Shown: positions 38,594 to 52,297, counted from the whole stretch's first letter. The stretch is 62,562 bases of DNA, filler included, from Rhabdomonas costata (GCA_019059605.1; 26 parts of 26 records of this genome joined end to end with filler, not necessarily neighbours in it), one strand, 5' to 3'. A program made the numbers and translations. The notes: generated by a model not told the origin, from the letters alone.

Positions 38594-40532
38594 TGTGGGT
38601 TGGAGTGAGGCTCGTCGGTCTGGTCCAGGGAGTCATTCAGAGACAGTGCTGCCTCAACGTCCTCAAGGTTTCTTGCCCTCTCCAGGGCCTGGGTATGGGC
38701 GGGGGCTTCGTCAGCTCCAAATTTCTCCACTAAGAGTGGGTGAGAGGGGGGCAAGAGAAAGAAGAAGGGCAACCTCAAAGGAGAGATCTAAAGAGCTGCC
38801 TGTACGAAGGCATACCGGCAAGGTTCACTCTCCCAGAATGGACCCTGGTGCATCAAGGAGAAGCGAGAAGATGACCTCAACTCACTTTCCAGCTCAACCT
38901 TGCATGTTTTCCCAACGCGTTGCTGGCATCCGCTTGCCCACCCTCTCTCAACAGCAAGACTTGTAGAGTTTCAGGATTCAGAGTTTTAAGGGTTCAGTGA
39001 TTCAGGGTTTCCCTCCAGATAGAGAAACTGATCGGCTGCGTGGTGAAACGGTTCCCAGGAATTTTCGGGTGTGCGCCAAAACAATGGTTACAGGGGCACC
39101 ATCTATGCTCACCACTTGCCCCCAACTTGTCTCTTCTTGGGATGCTCGAACCCCGCTGGAAACCCACCGTGCATCCAAAAGCAAAGACATGAACAAAACC
39201 CAGGGCACCCGCTCCCAGGGTCCGGTCTACCCCCAGGGAACGTCCCCACCTCAGGCGCCCGCTCCGGCCGCGCCGCGGGCTGGCTTCCGCACCTAAACTA
39301 ATCGAATCCCTTTTGGTGGCTAAAGCCCAGCAAATGAGTTCCAACCACCTATACTGACCAACGTGAAGGACAACGGAATGGCCAAAAATCGTTTTTTCAT
39401 AATCCACCCCAGAAACGATTAACGGCGTTATACCGTTTAACGCCCCCCCTCCATATAGACCGGACCGCGTGCCCAACATGCCCCCCCAACACGCCCACGC
39501 ATACATTCTCCTGGTGAGAAAGAAACCATTAGAGTCAAACAAAGCACTCTGTCAACATTCCGACTCCCGCATATAAGGCACACGCACCGGGCTGCAGGCT
39601 ATGCAGCTTGGAGGCGGAGTCGTCCAGCTTCTGCCTCAGCTGAGCCAGCTCCGCGGAGTGCTTGCGCTGTGCCTCGCGGCGCTCCGCGTTGGCGATCGAA
39701 AGCTGCTGCTGCATCGCCAAAATCAGCTCCTCCTGACGGTTGAGGGCGGAGAATTGAGAAGGAGAAAGGAGAATTACGAGAAGGCCATGAAGGTATATAT
39801 CGGCGGGAGATATAGAGTGCAGCACGATGAAACGGCACATCATGCAGACAACGGAATGAGTATGAAACCCATCAATGCCACCAGTCTGACCTGTATGTGC
39901 ATCTGTATTTGAGTGGACCTGAGTGTTGGCCTCCGGGTGAGCTCGGGTGGTAAAGCTGTGGGCGGGCAGCGAGGTGGGTGACCTGGGCTGGCCCCCACCC
40001 ATGCGGAACGGGCTGACGCAAGGGGACTCCCAGCACACGCCAGTCTCCGCCTCCGGACTACGCCCCCCGCCCCCACAGCGAAATGCAAAGCAAAAGAAAG
40101 GCGCGAAATCAGAAAGGACTCATTTTGCGCAGAGAAAAATCCCAACCCCTAACCACACTGCTCTTGTCAAAAGTCAAACAACCAAACAACCAGAACTACC
40201 ACAGGACTTACTCTTCTGAAGCTCCGTTAGATTCCCCGTTAGTTTCAGCAAAAGGAACGGGGTCATCGACACACACACACACGACTAAATGGATGAAAAA
40301 GTTCATCACCGTCAGTTGCTTCGCATTGATCTCCCTTGTACGTTGTAGCACAAAACACATGAGAGAGTAGAGACAGCGAGCGGGAGGATGGGGGGGGGGC
40401 GAGCGACCTCAATGGAGAGGCACCGCAGCTCCGAAAGATAGCCGCAGCGGACTGGTACAGCCGCTCGGCGTACACGGCAGGTTCCTCGCCTGTCTGCCCC
40501 GGAGGCCGGAGGCGGCGAGTGGCAGCAGATGC
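38594..40532 (-). CDS. Coiled-coil protein of unknown function, internal exons
   Basis: Exons at about 40532-40425, 39753-39588, 39292-39250 and 38728-38594 (QEELILAMQQQLSIANAERREAQRKHSAELAQLRQKL). Confidence 0.6.
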
Positions 40533-41361
40533 CTGAGAACGCGATTCGCATGGCATCGATAATCGCATAGCCTGCTCACCCTCAACGTTGACAATTGGGT
40601 AGGTGGGGGGCGCCTGGATCCTCGTATATGTCCTCCTCTTGTTTATCTCGACATTACCCTTACTTTCCTCATCGGTTCCCCAATCACTTTGAAGAACAGA
40701 TCAAGATCTTTCCTCATAGGAAATGCGCGTTCTCGTCAGACCCCAGCAAAAGCTTCTCACAGGCGACCAAAACGCGATGACACATCGAGCCCGGGTGGAA
40801 TCGAAATTCAAGCAAATGCGATCTTCCCAAGAAGACTACCACTAGTCATATATAAAAGCACCGGAAAGAAGTAAGCTGTTGAAGGCAATAACCCAAAACC
40901 NNNNNNNNNNNNNNNNNNNNNNNNNNNNNNNNNNNNNNNNNNNNTTAATTAATTAANNNNNNNNNNNNNNNNNNNNNNNNNNNNNNNNNNNNNNNNNNNN
41001 ATCCGCTGCACCGCAGCGTTGATGTCTGCGACAGAGAGTGAGATCAAGGGCCGTGCGACACAACTTTGCAATGAGGGGTGCAATGGATGTAGTTTTATGC
41101 TGGCAAAGCGTATGCTAAACTGTGCCAAGCTCGGCGTTTTGGAAATCCCGCTCCTTTCCAGTTCCAAAGTCACAGCCGACTTCCCACATTTTGGGTGTGG
41201 CCTCCGACCTTGGCCCGACCTTGGCTGAAGGCCCAAGAGTCAAGACACGCCTTCGGGTAAGCTCAGGTTCAAAAAGCAAAGAATCAACAAAAGGAAAACA
41301 GAAACGATTTAATGGGCCACTTCAATGCATTGTTCTCAGGCCACAGGCATAAAATAAAGAC

Positions 41362-42896
41362 CTGCAAAAAGCGCCGTCAGGGAGATCACCACGCTGACTT
41401 GCCACTGCAGTCTAAACGGCAGCACCACCGCCTGCCCCATGTGCTCGAAGTCCTCGCCAAGGTAAAACGAGAACTTGATGGAGCTGTTCTGCAAGCCAGC
41501 TTTGCGCAGAAAGTGCAAACATCCCAGGAGCAGAACAAATCTCCTGACGGTAGAGGGCCGATGACTTAAGAACAGTAGCGCCTTGTCTTGGGGATCTTAC
41601 TCAACGGTGTAATGGAACGTCAGCCAAAAATGGGTAAGATATTCCCCCCAAAAAAACTGGATCCCGTACGCTGCCGTAGAATCAAAACAAGAGCCATAAG
41701 AAAACTCATGGATGCAAGGATGCATTCTAATGAAAGCCGCATTGACAGAACTCCTCCAGCCAGGAACGGTGTGCGCAAGAAATGCGCTTTGAAGAGGGCA
41801 AGAGCGTTGGGTAGCTCACCGTTGCCCGAATGACCCAAGTACGGGCGAATCATCCGCGCCGTGGCTGGAACCCGTCAGCAGCCCGTCCAGCTCGTAGCAG
41901 AACGCCCGGCCCCCCTGCGAAAGCAAGCTGCTCTGAGCCACTAGCTGCTGCAGGAACACCCCCACAAAGGCAAGTTGCAGGTCCTTCCCCAGCTGCCCCA
42001 CGCAGGCCCCTTGGCGGTCCACCAGGCAAAGGTTGCATTCCAGGATCAGGATGTCACTGGAGACGTAGATCTTGGAGTACCCTGGGTTGTATGGGTTGCT
42101 GGAGGAGGAGGTCCACCCCGCACTGCGAGACACCGCTCCCGTCTGCCACGTGGTGCTTTGCATCGGGTCGTCGTTGGGGAGGAACGACACCAGATGATTC
42201 CACATCGGCTTCAGCGTCAGCGGGTTCAGAAGATACATCTCTTGCCCCACAACACTGCGAGTCCAAAACAAAAGCTGACGACGTCCTCTTTCATGACAAT
42301 TAAAGAGAACAGAAAACTGATAAAAGTCGACATGGCACTGTAAAGGCGAACTTCCGGGGAACGAAACGAAGCTAGAAAAGGAGGCAGAAGCACCTGCAGT
42401 TGCTTCCAGGGAAGTTCGCCGTGTCGTTGCACACAGAGGCGTTGAGGTTGCAGAAAACCGCTACCGGGGGTGTTGGGACGAAAGCCATGCATCGGCCGCG
42501 CCCCGGTGCTCCAGGCCACATCATTTGGGAGATTGTAAAAACCCCAGGCGTGCTCATCAGGTTGGCCATCGTTAGCGGCCTCCACATCGCATAGGCATTG
42601 GCAAAGTCGTCCAGCCGAAGCCCAGAGTTGGCGAAGTACATCGACTCTGCCAGGTTCAGCTGGTGCCCGATCCCAATCTTGGCTATCAGCAGGTTCTTCA
42701 CGCTCTGGATGGTCTCCTTGATGTCCACATCGGCGCTCTCGCGGAGGCTCTGCTGGCTCTGGATGTAGGTCAGGTAGAACCCGAGGAAGCCCGCAGTGGC
42801 CATCAGAACGATGAACACGACGGAGAGCAGGACCTTCAGCGAGAGAAGGTTCTTGGTGACCCCGCGGCAGAACGCGGCGACCTTGGGACTGGCCAT
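41362..42896 (-). CDS. Membrane receptor N-terminus: transmembrane helix plus Cache-like extracellular sensor (possibly a receptor cyclase)
   Basis: ATG at 42896; TM helix VLLSVVFIVLMATAGFLGFYLTY; exons 42896-42394, 42254-41820 (GACVGQLGKDLQLAFVGVFLQQL...GRAFCYELDGLLTGSS) and about 41490-41362 (LQWQVSVVIS). These are Cache-like patterns. Confidence 0.65.
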
Positions 42897-43062
42897 GTTA
42901 GGGAATTTTCGAATTAAAGTGAGGGGTGGTTATTGTGGATTGCGGGTTTTAAAGGGCAGGAAAGGATCAAGCCCAGGAAATGGGAGAAACGCAGCGAGTG
43001 TTTTGGTGAACAAGCTATGAAACCAAGGCCATATGAGGAGAGTCAGGATTTGAAATGGGCTG

Positions 43063-43303
43063 CTGGAGTTGGCACCGTCCGGTGCCGTCTGCGGCGTGGA
43101 CACTGGGCAAACTTTCGAGCACATTGTGAACACGCCTTGCAAAACGGAGAGCATTTCCCGCCTCAAACTCATGGATGAAGTGCGGGATTTGATACCGCGA
43201 TACCACGATATCCTACTCGTGAGCTTGCTGTCCTCAAAAAACGCCATCAAGGCTGTGGTGCACGGTCCAGGGACTTCAGTGTCCCATATGTCCACCACAA
43301 AAC
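43063..43303 (+). mobile_element. Possible degenerate non-LTR (CRE/SLACS-like) reverse transcriptase fragment
   Basis: SISRLKLMDEVRDLIPRYH..L..LLSS....KAVVHG.GTSV...STTK resembles the segment between AFNSISR and GVxQG. Neither signature motif is itself present. Confidence 0.3.
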
Positions 43304-43715
43304 NNNNNNNNNNNNNNNNNNNNNNNNNNNNNNNNNNNNNNNNNNNNTTAATTAATTAANNNNNNNNNNNNNNNNNNNNNNNNNNNNNNNNNNNNNNNNN
43401 NNNGTGGGTTTTTACGCAAAGACAATGGGAGATGGCACGGAGGATGGCCCAATTTATACTTAATGGCTTTATTTAAACTTGGAGGATTAAACTTGGAGGC
43501 GCAAAAGTGTCGAAAGCCAAGTTTTGAAGGTCATAGTACAGATGATTTGATGTGGCGTGCCCAAATTTTGTTGGCAACGCTTTCCTAGCGAAAGAAGAAA
43601 GACGCCGTTTTTGACACTCACGCCTGTGAGGGTGCTTGTCACCTGAACTGTGAGCGAATGGTGGAAACAGAAACGGAGGTGGCGGAGTGAGAGTGGTTGG
43701 TCTCACTCTTCGCAG

Positions 43716-45242
43716 GCAAGGTTCCAGCGGTGTCGCACGTCGTGGCGAACCCGCCCACTTATGTGGACAGCAGCCAGCCCACCAGCCCGCTGTACCTCAT
43801 GCTGAATGCCCCCGCCGTCGGTGGAGACGTTATTCTGACTCCGAAGGTGTCTTTGTCTTTGGTAACTTTGCATGCTTTGTGAAAATGACTGCTTTTTGGA
43901 CACTATGAGATCTTTTGAACAGGGCGTGTATATGATGTTACAGTTTTTTGTAAGTCGGGTGCGACGATTCGGTGTGGCAGACAAGGATTTTCGGCACTCA
44001 TTCTTCCGTCAGCAGGAAACACGTTGCATTCACCTTCGCAAACGACGCATATTGCATGACAGAACATTCTGTTTGAAAATGTGAACTTGGAGAAGTGTGT
44101 TAAAGAAAGTTCGCGGGGAAAAATGCCGCAAGCCCCTTTACACAATCTCAAAACGCGTGTGTCTGCACCCGCCCTCAAAACATGAAGTTGGATTTCTGAA
44201 AGTCGATTTCATACTGATGACCTTATTACAGATCCCGCTGTGCGCGCTTGCAACAGAGCTTTCCTTTTGGGGACCTTTGGCCCGCGCAGGAATTGAATGA
44301 GAGTGGAAGCTCTTTCCCAAAGTTGTAGTAACTACAGAGTTCCAGCAATGAAATAATCCCCCCCCCCCAGAAAGTCCGCTCTCAGGAATTGTTGTGATTT
44401 ACGGGTTTTGTTTAGGATGACCAACTCACATTTAATCCGCCCTCGGTTCGGGTTCCGGAGGGGTCCATTCAGTCGGAGCCTTTCACCGTGACTGCCAAGA
44501 AGACTCCACTTGACGTGGCTCCGCAACATCCGACGGTAGGCTTTTTATTCGCCCTCCCTGATGCTCTCTGGCCTGCAACGCATCCATGCAACATTGTCTA
44601 CCGTCTTCGATTTCGTTGTTTTTCGTGTGCTCTACTCCACATTCTTTTTAAACGTTCTCAATTCTTTCTTTTCTCGCTGTTCTGGGGGCCCTTCCATTGA
44701 TATGCTGGTTGGGCCGTGTGTCTGCCTGTCGCTTTCTCCACCTCGAGTTCTGTGGTTGCGAGCTTCGACTTCGACTTCGATTGAGTTTCCGTTTCCGAGG
44801 CCTTTGAAAGTGGATACCCCAAGAACTTTATTGTGTGCACCGAAGTGGGCCTGCAGTTCTGCAGTTACTATCTATCTTAGATGCATTTTAAGCATTTTTA
44901 GGGCCTCTCTTTTATGGAGGGAAAAGAGAGAGAAGGCGTTCCTTTTTCTCCTTTCTGAGCTGTTCCGCGCGTTCCTGTGTGGACTGTGCGTCTCCCCAGG
45001 TCAACATCGCTGCTGAGGCCGGGAACCGCAACGAGGTTCCGACCACCCCCGTGGCTGTCGCTGGCCTGACCGTCGGCCCTCCTCCCAGCCCAGGCACGTG
45101 CGCGAAACCAATGCATGTTGGTTGGTCTTCTCCATTACCGTTTGTTTGCTTTTCTCTGTCCTCTCCTCCTTTTAGGTGGGGTCACCACTGCACTTCTGAG
45201 TCCTGCAGTGTCGTTGAGTCCTGGCGAGGTTCGACCCGTGTC
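43716..45242 (+). CDS. Internal exons of an unknown P/V/T-rich, probably extracellular beta-rich protein
   Basis: Exons at about 43716-43846, 45000-45093 and 45176-45242, each with clear splice signals. Confidence 0.55.
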
Positions 45243-46347
45243 GTGAGTGTGCTTTTTGTGGTTTTTATGCCCTGTTTTTACTGTTAAATGCTCTATATCA
45301 GTTGCAAGTCAATGGTTTGCAATGTGTAGCGCTGTGTAGCCTAGTTTCAGGCAATGAATTTTTATCGGCCATTCAACTCTCAGCCGGCCGCCTGATGAAC
45401 CAATTACACCTTCTTGCTTGCTAAACACTGCTCTGACTGAGGATGCCTAAGCTTTTTGGTGTTTGGACGTTGGCCCACCTCGGATTACTCGAGATCGCGG
45501 ATCCGCACCCGTATCAAAGAAAGGTCTTGTTTTGTGTCGAAAGTTTCTGTATTTTTGCACCTTATCTAGAAAGGAAGTCTGAGTTTATATTGTGACGTAA
45601 TTATGAACGATTTTCTTTCTCCGCCTTCTCCCTCCCCCCTCCTTCTCCTTTCTGCTGTACAAACTAGTGAGAACCCTCTTGCATTGGACGCACCGACAAG
45701 CCCAAACCCCNNNNNNNNNNNNNNNNNNNNNNNNNNNNNNNNNNNNNNNNNNNNTTAATTAATTAANNNNNNNNNNNNNNNNNNNNNNNNNNNNNNNNNN
45801 NNNNNNNNNNGGGTTGGGTGAAAAAGGAATAATTCACAGCAAACCAGAACCTATAGACAAACTCTGGAAAAATGGGGGACCGCGAGGCGAGTTTGCGGAA
45901 GCATCGGGAAATGCTGTGTTGGTGAATCGATTTTTCACTGGTGATGGTTTAGGGAAGGGGAGCAGTGCGCAAACGATAGAGAAGAAAAGTAGCAAAACAG
46001 AAACAGAACGAAAGGCCGTTCCGGGAACCACAAGCGGTCAAAACGCGACATTGACAGCCAGATCATTACGAAAGATTGGCTCCCAAAAAAATCCTACCAT
46101 CATCGCAGAGAAATGAGAAGCATGGTAAAAAAAACACATGAAAACGACAACTGCACTCCAAGGGAAGCGGAATAGGATTGCAACGAGATATAGGGGAGAT
46201 AACCTTTGGTGCGAGTCTTATTTTTTTTAACTTTCTTCTTCTTTCCTGTGGTCCCGTTTTTGACCACCGTGTCTTGTCTATTTTTTCTCGGACTTATGAG
46301 GGATAATAAAATCGTGGAATTCAGCAATTCCTCGCAGGTAGGGACAC

Positions 46348-48116
46348 CTGGCTGGCAGCCTGGACCACCGAGGAGTGGGCAGCGAGCATCGCGGCTTCGT
46401 TAGCGGCGAGCAAGTGGAACCCCCCGATATCAGCTTGCAGCACAGACACAACGCGGTGGTTGAGGCTCCCCACCTGTCGGTGCACCGCGGATTTGCGGTG
46501 GTGGGTCGAGCCCCGCACTGTTGCAGCACCACCGCGGCCGCGCTGAGAGGACGTGCGGGACTCCTCTCCGGTGCTGGCGCCGTCCCCCACTGCCCCAGCG
46601 AGCTCCTCTTGGGAAGCCTTTGGGCACCACAACATTGGAAACAGCACCTAGCTTTGACAAAAAATGCATTTCGAACAAAACGCAAACCTGCGCTCACAAC
46701 GGGTCACCGCGTAGCGCCACAGCCATACGCGGATTAGCGTTGCAGCGGACTGAGGCCGAATGCCAGCAACTATGTGTTTACGTTCACTCGCTCAGCACTT
46801 CCAGTGCCCCCAGCCCGCGACTGTGTCCCAGAGCACCGGAATTTGAGACTCGCTTTCACGAAGGAGGCTGGGCTCCCAGACCCGAGACCCTCTCGTAACC
46901 TCCCCCCACAGGTGCCTTTTCGAAGAGGAAGAAATTCAATGGACCAATTTCTTGGGAGGGAGAAAAATTAGGAACCTGCGAGGCCGTTTCGCTGGGCTCC
47001 GAGCTGGGCTGAACTCGGGATTTTCGGCTATACCCGCTACCCGCAGCCTCGCTGGCCTTCCTGCCCGGGCCCTGTTTGGGTGCAGGAAGGTCGCCTTGCT
47101 CTCCGTCTGATAGGTGGGCACCCAGCACGGCCTCGGGGAGGTAGGCCCGAAACTCCTGAGCACCACCGATACCATTCGCAAACCCTTGAGGCACATTACC
47201 GACAGGGAAATTTTCGAGCTCCACCTTGAGGTAGTGACGAGGAGAGGACGGAGAGAGGATGGGGTATCGGGGTGGCATCTGTAAAGTTCTTGTGCGTAGA
47301 CTGAGGGCAGAAACGTTCTTGTACGTGCGCTGGTTCTGTCGTGTGCAGGTTCTGCTTTGCTGACGAAGTCACCCGTTTCTTTTCTTTTCGAGGTACGCGT
47401 GTGGCAACAAGCACCACTGGAAAACCAGACTACCAGGACGAACCAGGCAGCGTTTGGGAAGACCTGCACATATAAAAAAACCACAGGCCTGCTTCGGCTT
47501 AGCCAGCTCAATAGATTCGAAGCTACTCTTGTCATTTTTCTGCCGGAATTGCCCAATCCGAAAAAGCGAAGTACATCGCAGCACCATCAGCTTGGCCACC
47601 ATGGCACCAAAGAAGGCCTGGATGTCCGCAATCTCCTTGAAGCGGCTGCGCCCGTGCTCCACGGCGTCCAGATTCATCTCGGCAACCTCCTCCATCTGAA
47701 GCCCAGGGCACAGCAAACAAACAGCACACAGGCAGACAGGAGAAAGGGAGAAGAAATCTGAGCGGAGTGAGCAAAGATGAGGGACACGAAGGATAACTCC
47801 GATTTGTGGGATACACTGAGAAGGGAAAGAAATAAACTCTAGAGCCCTGATACTCGCAGAAGCATTGAAACACTCAAAAAAAAAAGGAGCCAGCAGCGGA
47901 GAACAACGTTTTGATCGGAACACAAGGGTTTCACGGCGAAAAAAAGAATCGTGCAGATGAGCGGGCGGAAGAAAGCACGTAGGACCAGAGCAAAGGCGAG
48001 GCAAAGGTCACATCGGATTTCGCCACCCGCCAACCCATGCAGCAAACCTGATGGCTCAGCCGGATCAGGGGCGCCGTGACGAGGAACGAGATCAGCAGAC
48101 CCGCACACACCAACAC
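46348..48116 (-). CDS. Receptor-type class III cyclase: TM - HAMP - signalling helix - linker - cyclase start
   Basis: Phase-0 exons 48116-48048, 47695-47585, 47155-46976 and 46617-46348 give LLISFLVTAPLIRLSHQMEEVAEMNLD...SRFKEIADIQAFFGAMVAKLMEFRAYLPEAV...HRVVSVLQADIGGF. Confidence 0.82.
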
Positions 48117-50707
48117 NNNNNNNNNNNNNNNNNNNNNNNNNNNNNNNNNNNNNNNNNNNNTTAATTAATTAANNNNNNNNNNNNNNNNNNNNNNNNNNNN
48201 NNNNNNNNNNNNNNNNACGCTACGGTGGACTGTGGCCACAGCGGAGGTTTCGCGGCGAACGATGTCGCCCAAGTGGGCCTTCCAGACTTCGAGGAATGGC
48301 ATACCCACTTCATGGAGGATGCAAATGGTCAAGCGGCTGTGCATTCCGATGTGAAGACCCGTGGTCAGGCGAAAGTGGGCGTTCTGGATGGTGATACAGG
48401 GCGAGAGACAGGAATCCTCCGCGACCGCTGTCTGTAGCGCCTTGGTGCAGCTGGTGAATCTGCCTACTAACTACACTTCTTGGGAGTGGTACCGTGACAA
48501 TGAGACACCGAGGCGGGTACATACTCGTGGAAACAGGCACGCATGTGCTGGTGGGAGTGGACCCAATGGTCCAGTCCGAGCAGGACCTTCTGTTACGTTT
48601 GTGTACCCTATACATCTGATTGTGTCATGGGTTTACTTTTGGAAGGACTAATCTACAAACGTGACGTATTTTGTAAACAATGTAGAGATTCAAAGAAAGT
48701 GGTGGTGGAACTTAAAATGGACGATTTGGAACGGCTGGAAGGGCTATGTTATTTCAGCGCTTCTTTTGAGTCGTGAAATTTTCTGTTTATTGATTTTTTG
48801 TGTGGAGTATATCCGCTTGAATTTTACTTGCAGCGCTGTATTTAGTAAGAAATATTGTTGTCGCATTGTCTCTTGCGATGATATAACACGTTAATTTAAT
48901 CTTAAAAACAAACGTTTTTGAATACTTTGATTTATACAACAAAGTAGGATGTGTTTTGTTTATTGACACATCACACACAAAGAAAACACTCGAGTAATCA
49001 ATTCTGCATCTAATCGCTAACGGTGCTTTCTATTAAAAGAATTAATTCAGAGAACCGGACTTGCCAAATTGACTCCGCCAATAAGCGGCACGTCCAAAAA
49101 ATAGCCCGAATTTACATGTGTACTGTAATGAAGTGTCGTCAAATGTAATTGTGGTGATGGCATCTGTACCAAGGGCAATGAAGCGGCGCGACATCGCAGC
49201 GTGCGGCATCTAGTAGTTTTGATGTCAATTGCTGCTATCGGAGCCTTTTGAAACGTCAGACATCTAAGAAACTATTTTTATCTAGAGTAATATTTAGAAG
49301 TTTGCTAACTAACTGAAACTAGCATGTTTTGCTGAGGTTTGCAATGAGTTTTCATGGCTTTTTGCCGTGGAGGTTTGTCTGGTTGACGAGCTTGTTTTTA
49401 TATTGTGATAATTGTGACCCCACAACAACAAAGCTTGATTCAACTGGCTTTTGTTGTCTGTTTTCAAAGGGTATTTCCGCATCCACTTCACCTTCAACGA
49501 AGTGTGATTGCATGTGAACATACGCCTCCAGCGTCAGAATGGGAACATTGTTTGATTTGCCTGTTTGAACGTTGGATGTTAGCAGCATTGTTTCACTGGA
49601 AAACCTGATATGTGCGGCATTGTGTGGCAAAACACTGTAGTGCTGCTTATTGGTCCCTGTTTGATGATGTTTGATGATGGAAATATTGTGGTCCAGTTGA
49701 GTGTTAAGACAATAAATTCATGTGTATAAGTTCCTGATAATACTTTGAAAATTCTGTCTATGACATAAGATCTGTTGCTGATATTTAGATGAACCAATTG
49801 CAATTTATTTGCTTCGAAGTGTGAATTCTATTATTTTTTCCACAAGAACATTGTCTTCTCTAAATTTATAAATATTTTAAAAATCACCACGAAAATGCTG
49901 CGCATAAAACTTTCGAAACGTTTGCTGATTGAAAACCTATAATTCTATTACTTCAGATCTTAATACCGAAGATAAAAATGCGCACATTTGGATTATAGAT
50001 CATGTTTTTTACCATATTTTGAAACCAAGCAGACGCCCTGAGAAGCTTGTGCGTATATTTGGATTCGAGCATTGTGACTTCGAAAATGTCACATTATTAT
50101 CAAGCTACAAGATATGAAACTTTTTGCAACAGAATTGCGGTGCAAAACACGTTTTGCAACTATAGAAATCGTGCAGGTAGTTTTAAAAAGACACAAAACT
50201 GGTTTTTTTGAAGAGAAACGTTGTCTAAAAGGACGGAGCTAAATAAAGTAGAGCAAAAAAAGAGATATTGAAAATCGCCTTTATAGTAAGTATGCATTGT
50301 ATGCAACTCAATTTCAGCATGCCTCCATCATTCCACTCAACATACTGAAACTCAATCAAACATCTCTCCGTTACATACTGCTGCAATATTATATATATTC
50401 ATGTGTACTTTTGGTACATTATGGTACTCTTTGTGTAAACAAACTACGTATTATATGTGTGTCCGGACTTACAGAAAGCGAATTGCGAGCGTAGCTGACA
50501 CCGAAACCGGATTCCAACCTCCTNNNNNNNNNNNNNNNNNNNNNNNNNNNNNNNNNNNNNNNNNNNNTTAATTAATTAANNNNNNNNNNNNNNNNNNNNN
50601 NNNNNNNNNNNNNNNNNNNNNNNGTGGGGGTTTGGCTTTGATTCCACCCTCCCTCCTTTCATTCCAGAGGGTGGTTTCGGGAATGGGGCTGTCTCTCAAA
50701 AACACAG

Positions 50708-52297
50708 GGAGAGTGACAAATCTGTCCAACCCAGTTCTCAGGGCGCTCAACCCCGACCTCACAGCGACTGCTCAGATAACTGTGGTTGTGCCCCCGGTGT
50801 GTATTTGTGCATGTGTGTGGCAGGTTGTTACGAGGCAAGTTTTGCACAGTTCTCAGTTTCGCTTGTGAAGATTTCCCTGGAGCGAAAGTGTGTAATAGTG
50901 TGTAGCTTCTTCCGTGTGTTGGGGTGCATTTCCTGTGCTTCCCACCACAAAGCTCAAAGCTCAAAGGTGATTGGTGTTGGGAGGCGTCACAACCACAAGT
51001 TGCCCTTCCCACCTCATCAAAACAAAGAAAGGCACGGGACGTGTAGGGTGCGATGGCTTCCACATCCGTGCGCACATTGACATGCACTCACATACGTAGG
51101 GAAGCTCTGCCGTGACCAAGGTCTTCACCGCGGCGTTGTCCACCTTCAGCGCATCCTGGAGAGCTCAGTTTGGGACGTTTACAGACAGCTCAGGATTCGC
51201 TGCCTCTGCAGCAACCATCGTGTATTCAGCCTCGGTGTGCAGATGTGCTGGCATCTTTGTGCACGACCGGGAAGTTGACCAGCGCCAATTTCTCCGTTTT
51301 TCTGCTGTTTTTTTTCTCAGCAACTCACTTCCCCTATCAGCTGCTCCCTCCAGGTTTGACCATTCCTCACAGGTGTCCGGCATTCCCTATGCCGTGTCCT
51401 ACATCCCCCTGCTGGACGTGGTAACCCAGGCAGTGTCTTTCGCCAAGCTGCAGAACATCTACGGAGTGCTTACCTTTCCTCTGCCCTCGCCCATCACGGA
51501 CGGGCTGAACTCCGTTTACCCCAACTCCAACTTCACGGTGGGAGGCACATCCACACCCACACCCATACCCACATTCTTTTGGGCCCGCTATTCTTGTTTT
51601 TGGGCCTGAGATGTACTGTTGTATTTCGGAACTCGTTGCAGGCTACTATTGTTGACCTTAGCTGGTTCACGTGTGACAGAGCATGCGAATTGAGTCGCGT
51701 TTCGGAGGTCCGCTCTGATTAATCGTTTGGTGCCACGCCGTCGGTTTTCCGGCCTCACCCCAGCTGAAAGTTTGAGAGAGAGCGACCTTTTCAGACTTGA
51801 TTTAAGCAATAGCAACCATTTCTGGTAAGGTTGACTCCCGGAGGTCCCTGCCCGGAAACCAAGTATTCAAGGGCCCCTCCCCGCACGTGGAATTCTGCAT
51901 TGCTTCGTGTTTCCGATATAGAATCTCCAGATCTTCTGGTCTCCCAGGACCCATATCAAGCGTTCGCTCGACTCAGATTAGCAGAAACGCGCGTATGCGG
52001 ACGGAGACTGCCTCTCCTTTGCAACTGAGCACGGGGGTCCATTAGATTAGAGTGCCGGAAAGGGCTGACACCTCAGCCATTTTTTGCCTGAACCCTCACC
52101 TCGTCAAAATGTCCCCATACCAAACACACAAGATCGTTTGTGAATGTAGTACGGTACGTGCGGGGGTGGAGGCAGGCGTCCGTGGTGGACCTTCCGGAGC
52201 TCAGGGCGTACCCCTTGCTGGCCCTGGCGTACCTGCACGTCCGCCTGGAGGGCACGGGGTGTGTTCAGCAACAGGGGCTGTACAACTTCCTGAACTG
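50708..52297 (+). CDS. PstS-like type-2 periplasmic-binding-protein domain in an intron-containing gene, partial
   Basis: Exons 50708-50796, 51100-51219, 51373-51537 and 52176-52297 give GRVTNLSNPVLRALNPDL...ITVVV..GSSAVTKVFTAALSTFSASW...AVSYI...AKLQNIYG...AYPL...LYNFLNW. Confidence 0.8.

Noticed and set aside
46272-46291. tgtctattttttctcg resembling the 3' end of a euglenid spliced leader
   Set aside because: Short, low-complexity, no GT donor after it, and on the antisense strand of an intron.
48217-48776. GC-richer block with several partly open frames
   Set aside because: No recognisable motif or splice structure; strand and frame could not be assigned.
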